A DNA stretch of 64,000 nucleotides from an uncultured Marinoscillum sp. GTDB taxonomy: Bacteria; Bacteroidota; Bacteroidia; Cytophagales; MED-G16. The notes under the pieces were generated by a model. That model made no database searches. It was given only the letters and a program-made list of their open reading frames with translations, and was not told the origin of the DNA. The DNA is taken from assembly GCA_964553685.1 (NCBI GenBank), contig CAZKLB010000001.1, forward strand, positions 83,952 to 147,951, read 5' to 3'. Position 1 is the stretch's first letter, and the number at the start of each line of letters is the position of its first letter. A program made the translations under genes and the position numbers. Below are positions 19,027 to 28,581 of the stretch, piece by piece.

Positions 19027-19058
19027 AAGGAGGCGTTCGATTGAGTGTCTCCTTTTTT
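19027..19058 (+). terminator. Rho-independent terminator after tRNA-Leu
   Basis: An 8-bp stem AAGGAGGC/GTCTCCTT (one G-T pair) with a 12-nt loop, running into TTTTTT. Confidence 0.6.
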
Positions 19059-19090
19059 ATTTTCTAATTCTATATATTTATTAAAAAATT

Positions 19091-19672
19091 ATGTTTTTAG
19101 AAAGGTCAATGAGTCAAGCAGATGGCATAGGATGGATAGAAGTCATATGTGGTTCTATGTTTTCTGGTAAAACAGAAGAATTAATTAGAAGAGTTAAAAG
19201 AGCAAAACTTGCTAAGCAAAAAATTAAAATTTTTAAACCAAAAAAAGATATTAGATATGGTAAAAAGAAAGTCACATCTCATGATTTAAATTCTATAAAA
19301 TCAAAACCTGTTTCAAAGTCTTCTCAAATATTAAAACTTTCAGAGTCATTTGAAGTTATTGGAATAGACGAAGCTCAATTTTTTGATGATGAAATAGTTA
19401 ACGTGTGTAATCAATTAGCTAACTCAGGTAAAAGAGTAATAGTTGCTGGTCTTGATATGGACTTTAAGGGAAATCCTTTTGGTCCTATGCCGAACCTTCT
19501 TGCTATTGCAGAGTATGTAACTAAGGTTCATGCTGTATGTTCAAAAAGTGGTAAGATGGCTTCATATACCCATAGAATTGTTGATAATGATGAACTCATA
19601 CTTTTAGGAGACATAAAAAAATATCAGGCATTAAGCAGGAAAGAATTTTTAAAATCAAATCTTTCGAAATAA
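19091..19672 (+). CDS. tdk: Thymidine kinase
   Basis: Motifs: GWIEVICGSMFSGKTEELIRR P-loop and IGIDEAQFF. An alternative in-frame ATG lies at 19109. Confidence 0.9.
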   Translation: MFLERSMSQADGIGWIEVICGSMFSGKTEELIRRVKRAKLAKQKIKIFKPKKDIRYGKKKVTSHDLNSIKSKPVSKSSQILKLSESFEVIGIDEAQFFDDEIVNVCNQLANSGKRVIVAGLDMDFKGNPFGPMPNLLAIAEYVTKVHAVCSKSGKMASYTHRIVDNDELILLGDIKKYQALSRKEFLKSNLSK

Positions 19673-19677
19673 ATTTT

Positions 19678-20724
19678 ATGACTAGAGTAAAATCTTACGC
19701 TGCTTTAAAATCAACTTCCCCTTTAGAGCCTTTTGATATAGATAGAAGGAGTTTGAATAAGGATGATATTAAAATAAAGATTCTATTTTGTGGAGTTTGT
19801 CATTCTGATATCCATATGGCTAGAAATGAATGGGGAAACACATCGATTTATCCTATGGTACCAGGCCATGAAATAATTGGTGTCATAGAAGAGTTAGGGA
19901 GTCAAGTAAGAAATTTCAAGGTTGGAGATAATGTTGGAGTTGGAGTATATGTAGACGCCTGTGAAAATTGTGAAAATTGTAAAAATGATAATGACCATTA
20001 CTGTGAAGAGGGAATAGTTTTAACATACAATTCATATGAATATGGGACAAAAAATATAACCTATGGTGGGTACTCTAAAATGATTGTTGTTAAAGAAAAT
20101 TATGTTATAAAAATACCTTCCAGTATGGACTTGGCAAAAGCAGCTCCTCTTTTGTGTGCTGGTATTACAACCTACTCTCCACTCAAACATTTTAAAATTA
20201 ATAAAAACCATAAGATAGGAATTGCTGGGTTAGGTGGATTAGGTCATATGGGTTTAAAGTTTGCATCATCTTTTGGTTCTGATGTTGTTGTTTTTAGTAC
20301 TTCTGATTCAAAGAAGAAAGAAGCTTTTGATATGGGTGCTAATCACTTTGTGAATATTAATAAACGAGAGGATGTAAAGAAACATCTGAACTCATGTGAT
20401 TATATTCTTGATACAGTTTCTGTAAATAGAGATATGTCACAGCCTTTTTCTTTTTTGAAAACTAATGGTATAATTATGTTAGTTGGATTACCTATGGAAC
20501 CACTTGCAATATCTAGTTTTTCTCTTATTGATAAAAGAAAAGGTATTGTTGGTTCAGCGATAGGAAGTATTGCTGAAACTCAGGAGATGATATATTATTG
20601 TAATGAAAAAAATATATACCCAGAAGTTGAAATTATACCAATTTCAAAAATTAATGAAGCTTTTGATAGGACTATCAATAAAGATGTGAGGTATCGTTTT
20701 GTAATAGATATGTCAACATTATAG
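19678..20724 (+). CDS. Zn-dependent NAD(P) alcohol dehydrogenase (cinnamyl-ADH/YahK-like MDR)
   Basis: Motifs: CGVCHSD, PGHEIIG, structural-zinc motif CENCENCKNDNDHYC (C-x2-C-x2-C-x7-C), and GLGGLGH cofactor loop. Confidence 0.85.
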   Translation: MTRVKSYAALKSTSPLEPFDIDRRSLNKDDIKIKILFCGVCHSDIHMARNEWGNTSIYPMVPGHEIIGVIEELGSQVRNFKVGDNVGVGVYVDACENCENCKNDNDHYCEEGIVLTYNSYEYGTKNITYGGYSKMIVVKENYVIKIPSSMDLAKAAPLLCAGITTYSPLKHFKINKNHKIGIAGLGGLGHMGLKFASSFGSDVVVFSTSDSKKKEAFDMGANHFVNINKREDVKKHLNSCDYILDTVSVNRDMSQPFSFLKTNGIIMLVGLPMEPLAISSFSLIDKRKGIVGSAIGSIAETQEMIYYCNEKNIYPEVEIIPISKINEAFDRTINKDVRYRFVIDMSTL

Positions 20725-20727
20725 TTC

Positions 20728-22938
20728 TTATCTACCTCCAGGAGGACAGTATTTTCTTAAAAAGTCTGTAAACATTAAACTAACATGCGGATACGCATTA
20801 TCTTCTCTTATACCATGTGATCTATTTGGATATGACATCATATAAAAAACTTTTTTATGTTTGATAAGCTCATTGGCCAACATTTCAGCATTTTGATAAT
20901 GTACATTATCATCTCCTGTACCATGAATGTATAGCAAATTTCCTTTTAAATTTTTAGCATACTTTATTGGTGATCCATCAATATAGTCTTGATATGATTC
21001 TTTTGGGTCTCCCATGTATCTCTCTTGATAAATATTGTCGTATGTTAATTGATTGGCTACAGCTGCTGCAGCAATTCCAGTATGAAATATTTCAGGGTAT
21101 TGGAATAGGCAGTTTAATGTTGCTGTACCTCCACCACTCCAGCCGTGGACAGCTACTCTTGATGTATCAATAAAATCATATTTTTTAAAAACTTCTTTTG
21201 CTCCCATGGCCATATCTCTCACATTTATTCTTCCAATATTTCTGTAGATAGCTTTTCTCCAATCTCTTCCTTTTGGTGAAGGAGTCCCTCTTCCGTCAAA
21301 AGTTACATATACATATCCATCTTCTCCCAAATTACCATCATACAACCTATTTGATCCTGCACCATATCTATTTACTCCTGTTTGCCCAGCCGGCTCACTA
21401 TAAAAATAAAAAAGGACAGGATATTTTTTTTTGTTATCCATTTTATTAGGCTTAACGATCCATCCCTCCATAGTGACATTGTCAATTGTTGTAATTTGAA
21501 AAAATTCAAGTGGGTGTTTAGTTTTTTTTGACTGATCATATTTTGTTAACATATTCTCATTATCATTTACAAACTTATGATCCTTAAGCGTTATTAAAGC
21601 TTGCATGGGTTTTGTAAAATAATTTGAAAAGGAGTGAAATGCATATTTTAGTCCTGTGCTTATTTGGTATGAGTGAGTCCCTTCAAGTTTTTTTGGGGTA
21701 ATCAGTTGAGGAATACTATTTTCAGAGCTTTTGTACAAATATCTTTCGGTAGGGTTTGTTGGAGAAGCAATAAAATAAACTTCTCTGTTTTTTTCATTGT
21801 ATGCCAAAGGTTTAACAACATCATATTCACCTTTTGTCATCAGATACTCTTTCTTATTTTTTATGTTATATCTATATATATGAGACCACCCATCTTTTTC
21901 AGTTGTATACAAAAACTCTTTCCCATTTTTTATAAATTTCCATCCTGCTTGATCTTGATATGGCCAAGAACTTCTAACATCTATCCATGCATCATCTTTT
22001 TCCTCCATAAGTAATGAAGAAACTCCCGAGATTGCATCAACTATATAATATTTACTATGATTTTGTTTTCTATTTAATTGTTGCACCATTAACTTATCTT
22101 CGTTAGGGACCCATGTCATCCTTGGGAGATAAAATTTATTTGATTCACCCGGTATCTGCATCCATGTTATTTTGTTATTATTTAAATCAATAACACCAAT
22201 CCTTGCAGGAGTTAAAGGTTCTCCAACCTTTGGGTATTCAACGGGTATATTAAATGGGTATATTGAATCTGTGTTGTTTATCATGTAAAAATCTTTTACT
22301 CCATTTGCATCTATTTCCCAAAAAGCTATTTTATCACTACCATCATTAAAAAGAAATCCATCTCTGCAACTAAATTCCTCCTCATAGACCCAATCAAATG
22401 TTCCATTTATAATTTTTCCTTTTTCATCGGACGAGGTAAGTCTCTTTATATCTTGATCTTCAAGATTTTCTAAATATATATTAGCTCTCGTGCTACTATT
22501 TCTAAAGCTATTAGGTTTAATTTCTTTAGAAACATATGCAACTTTCTTTCCATCCGGAGAAAATTTGGCGAACATAAGGCTAGATTCTGGTAATGATTTT
22601 CCTATTTTAATCGCTTGATTTTTTTTAAAGTCATATACCCAGTAATCTCCTCGAGTGTTATAACGCCAAACTCTAACAGAATTAGTGAAAACTAAGACTT
22701 TCTCTTTATCTTTTGAAAAAACAAAAGATTCTATATCTATATTCCCTATCATTGAAGATGAAAGAATAATTTTATCTTCTTTGCCTGTTGTGCTTATAAG
22801 TTGGATTGAGTTTTCTTTAATAACATAGTATCCAGTTTCATCGTCATTCCATTCAATATCTTTAGGCAGCACCCTCCCATTGGAATTAAAGCAAATGATT
22901 ATTAAGGCTAGTATGTGAAAAATTAATTTTTTTAGCAT
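20728..22938 (-). CDS. Dipeptidyl-peptidase IV family serine peptidase (S9B)
   Basis: Evidence: signal peptide, DPPIV N-terminal beta-propeller-type region (DWVYEEEF), HGWSGGG nucleophile elbow, and a C-terminal GTGDDNVH / H catalytic pair. Confidence 0.88.
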   Translation of the reverse strand: MLKKLIFHILALIIICFNSNGRVLPKDIEWNDDETGYYVIKENSIQLISTTGKEDKIILSSSMIGNIDIESFVFSKDKEKVLVFTNSVRVWRYNTRGDYWVYDFKKNQAIKIGKSLPESSLMFAKFSPDGKKVAYVSKEIKPNSFRNSSTRANIYLENLEDQDIKRLTSSDEKGKIINGTFDWVYEEEFSCRDGFLFNDGSDKIAFWEIDANGVKDFYMINNTDSIYPFNIPVEYPKVGEPLTPARIGVIDLNNNKITWMQIPGESNKFYLPRMTWVPNEDKLMVQQLNRKQNHSKYYIVDAISGVSSLLMEEKDDAWIDVRSSWPYQDQAGWKFIKNGKEFLYTTEKDGWSHIYRYNIKNKKEYLMTKGEYDVVKPLAYNEKNREVYFIASPTNPTERYLYKSSENSIPQLITPKKLEGTHSYQISTGLKYAFHSFSNYFTKPMQALITLKDHKFVNDNENMLTKYDQSKKTKHPLEFFQITTIDNVTMEGWIVKPNKMDNKKKYPVLFYFYSEPAGQTGVNRYGAGSNRLYDGNLGEDGYVYVTFDGRGTPSPKGRDWRKAIYRNIGRINVRDMAMGAKEVFKKYDFIDTSRVAVHGWSGGGTATLNCLFQYPEIFHTGIAAAAVANQLTYDNIYQERYMGDPKESYQDYIDGSPIKYAKNLKGNLLYIHGTGDDNVHYQNAEMLANELIKHKKVFYMMSYPNRSHGIREDNAYPHVSLMFTDFLRKYCPPGGR

Positions 22939-23005
22939 TATTCTGAGTTATTTTAATTTTAGAAAAATAAAAAATATAATAAATTGTAATCAAAAGCAAT
23001 TGTCA

Positions 23006-23269
23006 ATGAATAGAATTGGATTTCAATTTAATAATGAGGATGAAAATATTTTTGAAGCGTTTGATAAATATGTTGATTCTAGCAAAGTAAAAATTACTAA
23101 GGCTGCCGATAAACTTTTAAAACTATACAAGTCTGATCAGGTTGATGCAGAGACTAGAGGAAAGCTCATAAACTTAGAAAAAAGACTTAGGCTAGTGTTC
23201 AAGGAGGTTGATGAAATTGATAAAGACGTAGAAGGTTTAGCTAGGCTAGATAGATTAAAAAATAAATAA
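23006..23269 (+). CDS. Small helical hypothetical protein
   Basis: An 87-aa ORF from the ATG at 23006 (the track uses TTG at 23000). I see no recognisable motif, so coding status is uncertain. Confidence 0.35.
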   Translation: MNRIGFQFNNEDENIFEAFDKYVDSSKVKITKAADKLLKLYKSDQVDAETRGKLINLEKRLRLVFKEVDEIDKDVEGLARLDRLKNK

Positions 23270-23271
23270 CA

Positions 23272-24033
23272 TCAACTTCTTTCGTAGTAAGTTTTATAGT
23301 TAGGTTTCTCTGGGCTTCTAATTACAAATAGTCTCAAGTCGCTAGTTACCAAAATACTTAAGTGTTCCGTGGATTTAAATTTAAAAAAGTCTCCTTTTTT
23401 AAGATTATTGTCATTGATTTTTAATTCTCCACTAATTACAAAACATGAGTATATATAGTCCATTTTGAATGGCAATTTTAAAGTCTTATTCTTAGTGGCT
23501 GAGAACTCATATATTTCAATATCTTGTGTATCCATTTTCATTTTGGATCCTTTTCCTACAATTGTTTTTTTATTGACCCCATTAGACTCTTCACTCACAA
23601 AATCATTAGATGAATAGTCATCATAAGAAGCATCCTTTCTTATAGATTTTGAAATATCTGGATCAAACCATATTTGAAAAATTTCAGATTTTTCTAGCAA
23701 TTCCTCAGCGTGTGAGATTCCACCTCTTGACCTTATAATCTGAACATCATCTTTATTTAAAGATATCCACTTTTCTTGTTTAGTATCGTAGTGATTTATA
23801 CTTCCAGATAGTATGAAACTACATATTTCAAACCCCTGATGAGGATGAAGGCCAATTGTACTTTTCTGGTTAGGAGTCCAAGCGTGTGCCCAATAAAAAA
23901 TATTTGAGTAAGGTTTCGATACCCCTCCATCCTGTGGAAAACCAATAGGTTTTTTTTCTAAAATTTCTCCGTTATTAAAACTACCATCAACTTGTGATTC
24001 TTTTCTTAAAATTTCTACTTCAGCTAGTGGCAT
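23272..24033 (-). CDS. Pirin-family bicupin protein
   Basis: LHPHQGFEICSFILSGSINHYD ... GGISHAEE reproduces the pirin HxH..H..E metal-ligand pattern (HPHRGFE..H.D...H.E). Confidence 0.8.
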   Translation of the reverse strand: MPLAEVEILRKESQVDGSFNNGEILEKKPIGFPQDGGVSKPYSNIFYWAHAWTPNQKSTIGLHPHQGFEICSFILSGSINHYDTKQEKWISLNKDDVQIIRSRGGISHAEELLEKSEIFQIWFDPDISKSIRKDASYDDYSSNDFVSEESNGVNKKTIVGKGSKMKMDTQDIEIYEFSATKNKTLKLPFKMDYIYSCFVISGELKINDNNLKKGDFFKFKSTEHLSILVTSDLRLFVIRSPEKPNYKTYYERS

Positions 24034-24791
24034 TTTAAAAGATTATTAATGTGTGACCATAATTTTATTCTCATCTCAATCGATTTTTTTGCAATTTCTT
24101 TTACATCCTCCCATTTACCTCTGTCATTACCGCATAGGTTCTCTATCATTTTAAGAGCAATTGGACCGTGATCATCACCGTCAAGCTCAATGTGTCTTTC
24201 CAGATAAAAAACAAATTTATCGGCAATTGAACTATTTTGCTTGTTAAGTCCCTTTACAATTTCAATGAACATATCGGGGATTACGTTCTCTCTTCCAAAA
24301 GTAAAAGCGGCCGCTATCTTATGTGCTTCATTACTATCCACTATATCAAAAGTAAAATTCAAAAATTCTTTTATTTCATTTTCGATATTATATGAGTTAA
24401 TGGTTTCTCGATAATTGGTACTTGACTTTATAGCATCAACAAAAGATTGTATTTTATTTGTATTTGCACCAATCTCATCCATAGCATCTAAATATAGTTC
24501 AAAATGACTTGTGACATTATGAGATTGAATTTCATCTGTCTCCTCTTCAAGAACTATCTCATTTATGAATCTTGCTGCTTCGGTGTTTTCAACAGGAACC
24601 CAAGGTTTTTTGACACAGGTTAAGTTTATCTGTAGTCCTTTAAGTAATGACATAAAATCCCATACTGCGAATACATGGTTTTCCATAAATATTCTGAGAT
24701 CATCAATATTTTTTATGTTATCATATATGGGGTGAGAAACCAACTTTTCCTGAGAATCTTTAATATAATCTGTAACAGTATGTATTTTCAT
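24024..24791 (-). CDS. DUF3050-family protein (heme-oxygenase-like helical fold)
   Basis: HPIYDNIKNIDDLRIFMENHVFAVWDFMSLLKGLQ matches my memory of the DUF3050 N-terminal signature. Its 3' end overlaps the pirin start by 10 nt. Confidence 0.65.
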   Translation of the reverse strand: MKIHTVTDYIKDSQEKLVSHPIYDNIKNIDDLRIFMENHVFAVWDFMSLLKGLQINLTCVKKPWVPVENTEAARFINEIVLEEETDEIQSHNVTSHFELYLDAMDEIGANTNKIQSFVDAIKSSTNYRETINSYNIENEIKEFLNFTFDIVDSNEAHKIAAAFTFGRENVIPDMFIEIVKGLNKQNSSIADKFVFYLERHIELDGDDHGPIALKMIENLCGNDRGKWEDVKEIAKKSIEMRIKLWSHINNLLKCH

Positions 24792-24838
24792 AATTTTATT
24801 ATTACGATAAAAGATTTAAATTGTTAAAAAAAAAAATA

Positions 24839-25393
24839 ATGGATTCAGACAAATTTAATTATAATGAAGAAGTAATAAAAGGAGGAATGCTTCTTGGAGG
24901 AGTATCAGTTTTATTGACCATGACTGTATATCTTATTAATGTTGAGTTGATGGTTGAATGGTGGTTCGGTATTTTAAATTTATTGATTTCAATGGGCTTA
25001 GTAATATATTTAGGATTCAATTTCAGAAGTATTTGTGGTGGTTTTTTATCTTTTGGAAAAGCTTTTAAGTTTTCCTTTTTGGTTATGTTTATTTCCTATT
25101 TGGTAGGAGTAGTATTTCAGATACTTCTTTATAACATAATTGATCCAAGCTTACCTGAGGTAATGAAACAATTAACTGTTGAAATGACTGTTGAGATGAT
25201 GGAAAGTTTTGGTACACCTGATGAAGCAATCGATGCTGCAATTGTAGGCATTGAACAAGGCATTGAAGAGGGAACGACTCCATTAGGAATACTTAAATCA
25301 ACACCTTGGGGAACTTTATTTATTGCAATTTTTGCAGCAATTGCTTCTCTTTTTATTAAAAAAAATCCTCCGGTATCGGATAGAATTAATTGA
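24839..25393 (+). CDS. Four-TM membrane protein, DUF4199-like
   Basis: Hydrophobic-segment pattern and size are typical of Bacteroidota DUF4199. An A11 run directly precedes the ATG at 24839 (the track starts at TTG 24821). Confidence 0.45.
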   Translation: MDSDKFNYNEEVIKGGMLLGGVSVLLTMTVYLINVELMVEWWFGILNLLISMGLVIYLGFNFRSICGGFLSFGKAFKFSFLVMFISYLVGVVFQILLYNIIDPSLPEVMKQLTVEMTVEMMESFGTPDEAIDAAIVGIEQGIEEGTTPLGILKSTPWGTLFIAIFAAIASLFIKKNPPVSDRIN

Positions 25394-25949
25394 TTCTTTC
25401 CAAAATAAAATTAATTTTCTCTGCAATTTGAGAACATGTTTTATCGTATTCAGATCCTTCGTTTTTTAAGCCATCAAACCTTTTAGGATCTTCAAATAAT
25501 AATGGAATATTTACTAGTGAGCGTGTATCAATTGGGCAAGATTTTTCTGCCTTACTGCAAGTATAAATACTAATAAAAGTATCCAGTTGGATTTCATCTA
25601 GTGTTTTTGATTTCAATAATATAGACTTTTGTCCTAGCTGAAGTATATTTCCTTTAGATTCTATTCCTAATCTGGTAAATGATTTTATGACCCTTCCGTA
25701 TACAGATGTCTTTTTGGTTCCCGCAGAATAAAAGTTTATATTTTTGACATATCTATTTGCTAATATATTTGCCCAAACTTCACAGTATATACTTCTTCTG
25801 GAGTTATGGGTACATATAAATACTATATCTCTAGTAAGCTTGAGATAACTATTTAATTTATTGATAGTGTCAAAAATGATCTTTTCTTCTTTCTTGTTTG
25901 GTTTGAAGGTTCCTATTTTTTGAATGTAAGAATCAAGTGTTTTATTCAT
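25386..25949 (-). CDS. Low-molecular-weight phosphatase / ArsC-like family protein
   Basis: CTHNSRRS fits the CX5R(S/T) P-loop of LMW-PTP/thioredoxin-type arsenate reductases. There are no other ars genes nearby. Confidence 0.65.
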   Translation of the reverse strand: MNKTLDSYIQKIGTFKPNKKEEKIIFDTINKLNSYLKLTRDIVFICTHNSRRSIYCEVWANILANRYVKNINFYSAGTKKTSVYGRVIKSFTRLGIESKGNILQLGQKSILLKSKTLDEIQLDTFISIYTCSKAEKSCPIDTRSLVNIPLLFEDPKRFDGLKNEGSEYDKTCSQIAEKINFILERIN

Positions 25950-25990
25950 CCTATTATAATTTTAACAATTTTTTGCACTTATCTGACATT

Positions 25991-26018
25991 TTGTTAGGTT
26001 AATAAATAGTTAAATTTG
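25991..26018 (+). promoter_or_regulatory. Candidate promoter of moxR (TTG-N17-TAAATTTG)
   Basis: TTG at 25991-25993 and TAaaTTTG at 26011-26018. The -7 box ends only 7 nt before the ATG at 26026, implying a leaderless or near-leaderless mRNA. Confidence 0.4.
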
Positions 26019-26025
26019 CTTTCTT

Positions 26026-26988
26026 ATGTCAAAAAATTATTTGAAGGTTCAAAAAGTATTGGATGAGGTCAGCAATGTTATTGTTGGTCAGGAGTATATG
26101 GTTAAAAGGCTTTTAATGGGGCTTTTTACTCAGGGGCATATTTTACTTGAGGGAGTTCCAGGTTTAGCTAAAACACTAACAGTAAATACAGTTTCAAATG
26201 TTTTAAAACTAAACTTTAAAAGAATTCAATTTACCCCTGACTTATTGCCGTCAGATGTCATAGGAACCATGATATATAATCAAAAGAAATCTGCTTTTGA
26301 AGTTAAAAAAGGACCAATTTTTTCTAATATAATTTTAGCCGACGAGATAAATCGATCCCCAGCCAAAGTTCAGTCTGCCTTACTCGAATCGATGCAAGAA
26401 AAACAGGTTACCATTGGAGAAAGTTCTTTTAAGTTAGATGTTCCATTTCTGGTTCTGGCAACTCAAAACCCTATAGACCAGGAAGGAACTTATCCCCTCC
26501 CTGAGGCACAAAGAGATAGGTTCATGATGAAATTGAATATTGACTATCCCTCAAAAGATGAGGAATTGAAAATCATGAGGAGAATGACAGATCTTAATTT
26601 TAGTCCGAAGATTAAAACAATTCTAACAAAAAAAGATATCTCATTAATTAAAAATGAAATTAATAACGTGTCAGTTAGTGATTCAATTGAAAAATATATT
26701 ATTGAAATAATTTTTGCTACAAGAAAGCCATCATCAATAAATTTAAATGATCTTGATAATTTTATATCTTTTGGAGCATCTCCAAGAGCAAGTATTAACT
26801 TATCATTATCTGCTAAGGCAAACGCTTTCCTTCACAACCGAGATTATGTAATACCAGATGATATAAAAGAAGTTGCGTATGATGTTCTTAATCATAGGGT
26901 TATATTAAATTACGAGGCTGAGGCAGAAGGAGTTAAACCGAAAGAAATTATCGAGAAGATCCTTAATAATATTGAAATTAACTCTTAA
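26026..26988 (+). CDS. MoxR-family AAA+ ATPase
   Basis: Motifs: GVPGLAKT Walker A, ILADEINR Walker B, ATQNPIDQEGTYPLPEAQRDRF. Confidence 0.9.
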   Translation: MSKNYLKVQKVLDEVSNVIVGQEYMVKRLLMGLFTQGHILLEGVPGLAKTLTVNTVSNVLKLNFKRIQFTPDLLPSDVIGTMIYNQKKSAFEVKKGPIFSNIILADEINRSPAKVQSALLESMQEKQVTIGESSFKLDVPFLVLATQNPIDQEGTYPLPEAQRDRFMMKLNIDYPSKDEELKIMRRMTDLNFSPKIKTILTKKDISLIKNEINNVSVSDSIEKYIIEIIFATRKPSSINLNDLDNFISFGASPRASINLSLSAKANAFLHNRDYVIPDDIKEVAYDVLNHRVILNYEAEAEGVKPKEIIEKILNNIEINS

Positions 26989-27639
26989 TTAATTTATAGA
27001 ATTATATACACTTTTTGTGTCATCGAGTTCCTTAAATAAAACTTCTAAAGCTGCTTTCAGTCCAACTTTTTTAGATTCTTTTCTTTGATATATTTTATAA
27101 AATAAACCTAAATTCATTTCAAGTTTTTTTGGGTTTTTTCTAATTATTCTATTTTGTTGTCTATCTATCTTTTTGATATCTCCCTCAATTTCTTTGATAT
27201 AGTCATTAATAAATTTTCTTTGTAATATTTTTTTTAATGTATTGAGTAAATTTTTTATTGTCTCTTCATTAGATAAATTTTCTCCGTCTGAAATTGAAAC
27301 TACTGAATATTTATTTTCTTTCGTGATTATTGATTTTAATAATTGTTTCTCTCCTTTTGATTGTATTGTAAATTGAATAACTTTTTTTTCCTTACTATAT
27401 TTTCCAAGATCCTGGTATAGCTCAAGTAGTTTTTGTTTAACTATTTTTTTTGGGATTAAACATTCGAGTGAGACTGATTCATATTCTTTATCATTAAAAA
27501 TGCGATTTGATTTTTTTAGTTCATTGAAAACTTTTTTAGGTATTTTAGAAACGTTTTGAGAAATAATTTTACTTTTTGGAAATAAGAAAAGTATTATAAT
27601 TAAAATAAAAAATCTTGATAATGATATCATATAAATCAT
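26989..27639 (-). CDS. Hypothetical secreted/anchored Lys-rich protein
   Basis: N-terminal hydrophobic helix followed by a predicted helical K/E-rich region. I recognise no motif. Confidence 0.4.
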   Translation of the reverse strand: MIYMISLSRFFILIIILFLFPKSKIISQNVSKIPKKVFNELKKSNRIFNDKEYESVSLECLIPKKIVKQKLLELYQDLGKYSKEKKVIQFTIQSKGEKQLLKSIITKENKYSVVSISDGENLSNEETIKNLLNTLKKILQRKFINDYIKEIEGDIKKIDRQQNRIIRKNPKKLEMNLGLFYKIYQRKESKKVGLKAALEVLFKELDDTKSVYNSIN

Positions 27640-27669
27640 TAATAACGTATTAAAAATAATTGCAATATT

Positions 27670-28581
27670 ATGAAATCTATTTTAATTACAGGCGGTACTG
27701 GATTAATTGGGACAAAGCTTTACAAATTTCTTAAAGAGAAACATTTTAACGTTATAGTGCTTACTAGAAGAGAGTCACTTTCAATAGAAAATAAAGATTT
27801 TGTTTTATGGGATCCTGAAAAAAATATACTTGACACAAATAAAATAGAAAATATAGATTGCGTTATTAATCTTGCAGGTGAGTCTATTGATGGAAGTAGA
27901 TGGACAAATAAATATAAAAAAAGGATAATGGATAGTAGGGTTATTTCTACCCGTTTTTTATTTACCAAATTAAAGTCATTAAAAAATAAGCCTAAAGTTT
28001 TAGTGTCAGCTTCTGCTGTCGGCTGTTATCACGAGGATACTTTAAATGAACAGGATGAAACTTCTGATTTAAATCATAATTTTTTGGGTGATGTAGTGAA
28101 AAAATGGGAGTTTGAATCAAGAAAGTTTGAAGATATAGGAATCAAAACCTCTATTCTTAGAATTGGAGTTGTATTATCAAAAGAAGGCGGAATGCTTAGA
28201 AAATTGTATCCACTCTTTCTTCTTGGGTTAGGAGTTCCAATTGGATCAGGTAAACAAATTCTAAGTTGGGTTCATATAGATGATATGGTGGCTATAATTT
28301 TTAAATGTATAAATGAAAATCTTTCTGGTATTTTCAACATTGTAGCACCTGAAAAAATAAATAATATAGGTTTTACAAAACTATTATCTAAAAGGATTTC
28401 TTTTATAAGACTTCCTTCATTTATTAAAGCTCCAAAATTTTTGGTTCGTATCATATTTGGAGAACAGTCGACTCTTGTTTTAAATGGCCTGAACATATCA
28501 TCTAAAAAAATCGAAAAAATAGGTTATGTTTTTAAATTTCCAACAATGGATGATGCTTTAAAGAATATTTATAATAAGTAG
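27670..28581 (+). CDS. TIGR01777/YfcH-type epimerase-family protein (SDR fold with DUF1731 C-terminus)
   Basis: ILITGGTGLIGTKL Rossmann motif, with size and C-terminal pattern typical of YfcH. Confidence 0.8.
   Translation: MKSILITGGTGLIGTKLYKFLKEKHFNVIVLTRRESLSIENKDFVLWDPEKNILDTNKIENIDCVINLAGESIDGSRWTNKYKKRIMDSRVISTRFLFTKLKSLKNKPKVLVSASAVGCYHEDTLNEQDETSDLNHNFLGDVVKKWEFESRKFEDIGIKTSILRIGVVLSKEGGMLRKLYPLFLLGLGVPIGSGKQILSWVHIDDMVAIIFKCINENLSGIFNIVAPEKINNIGFTKLLSKRISFIRLPSFIKAPKFLVRIIFGEQSTLVLNGLNISSKKIEKIGYVFKFPTMDDALKNIYNK

Noticed and set aside
19941-19975. Tandem TGTGAAAAT repeat in the alcohol dehydrogenase gene
   Set aside because: It encodes CENCENC, the C-x2-C-x2-C part of the structural-zinc motif of MDR alcohol dehydrogenases. 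It is therefore a functional motif rather than a repeat expansion.
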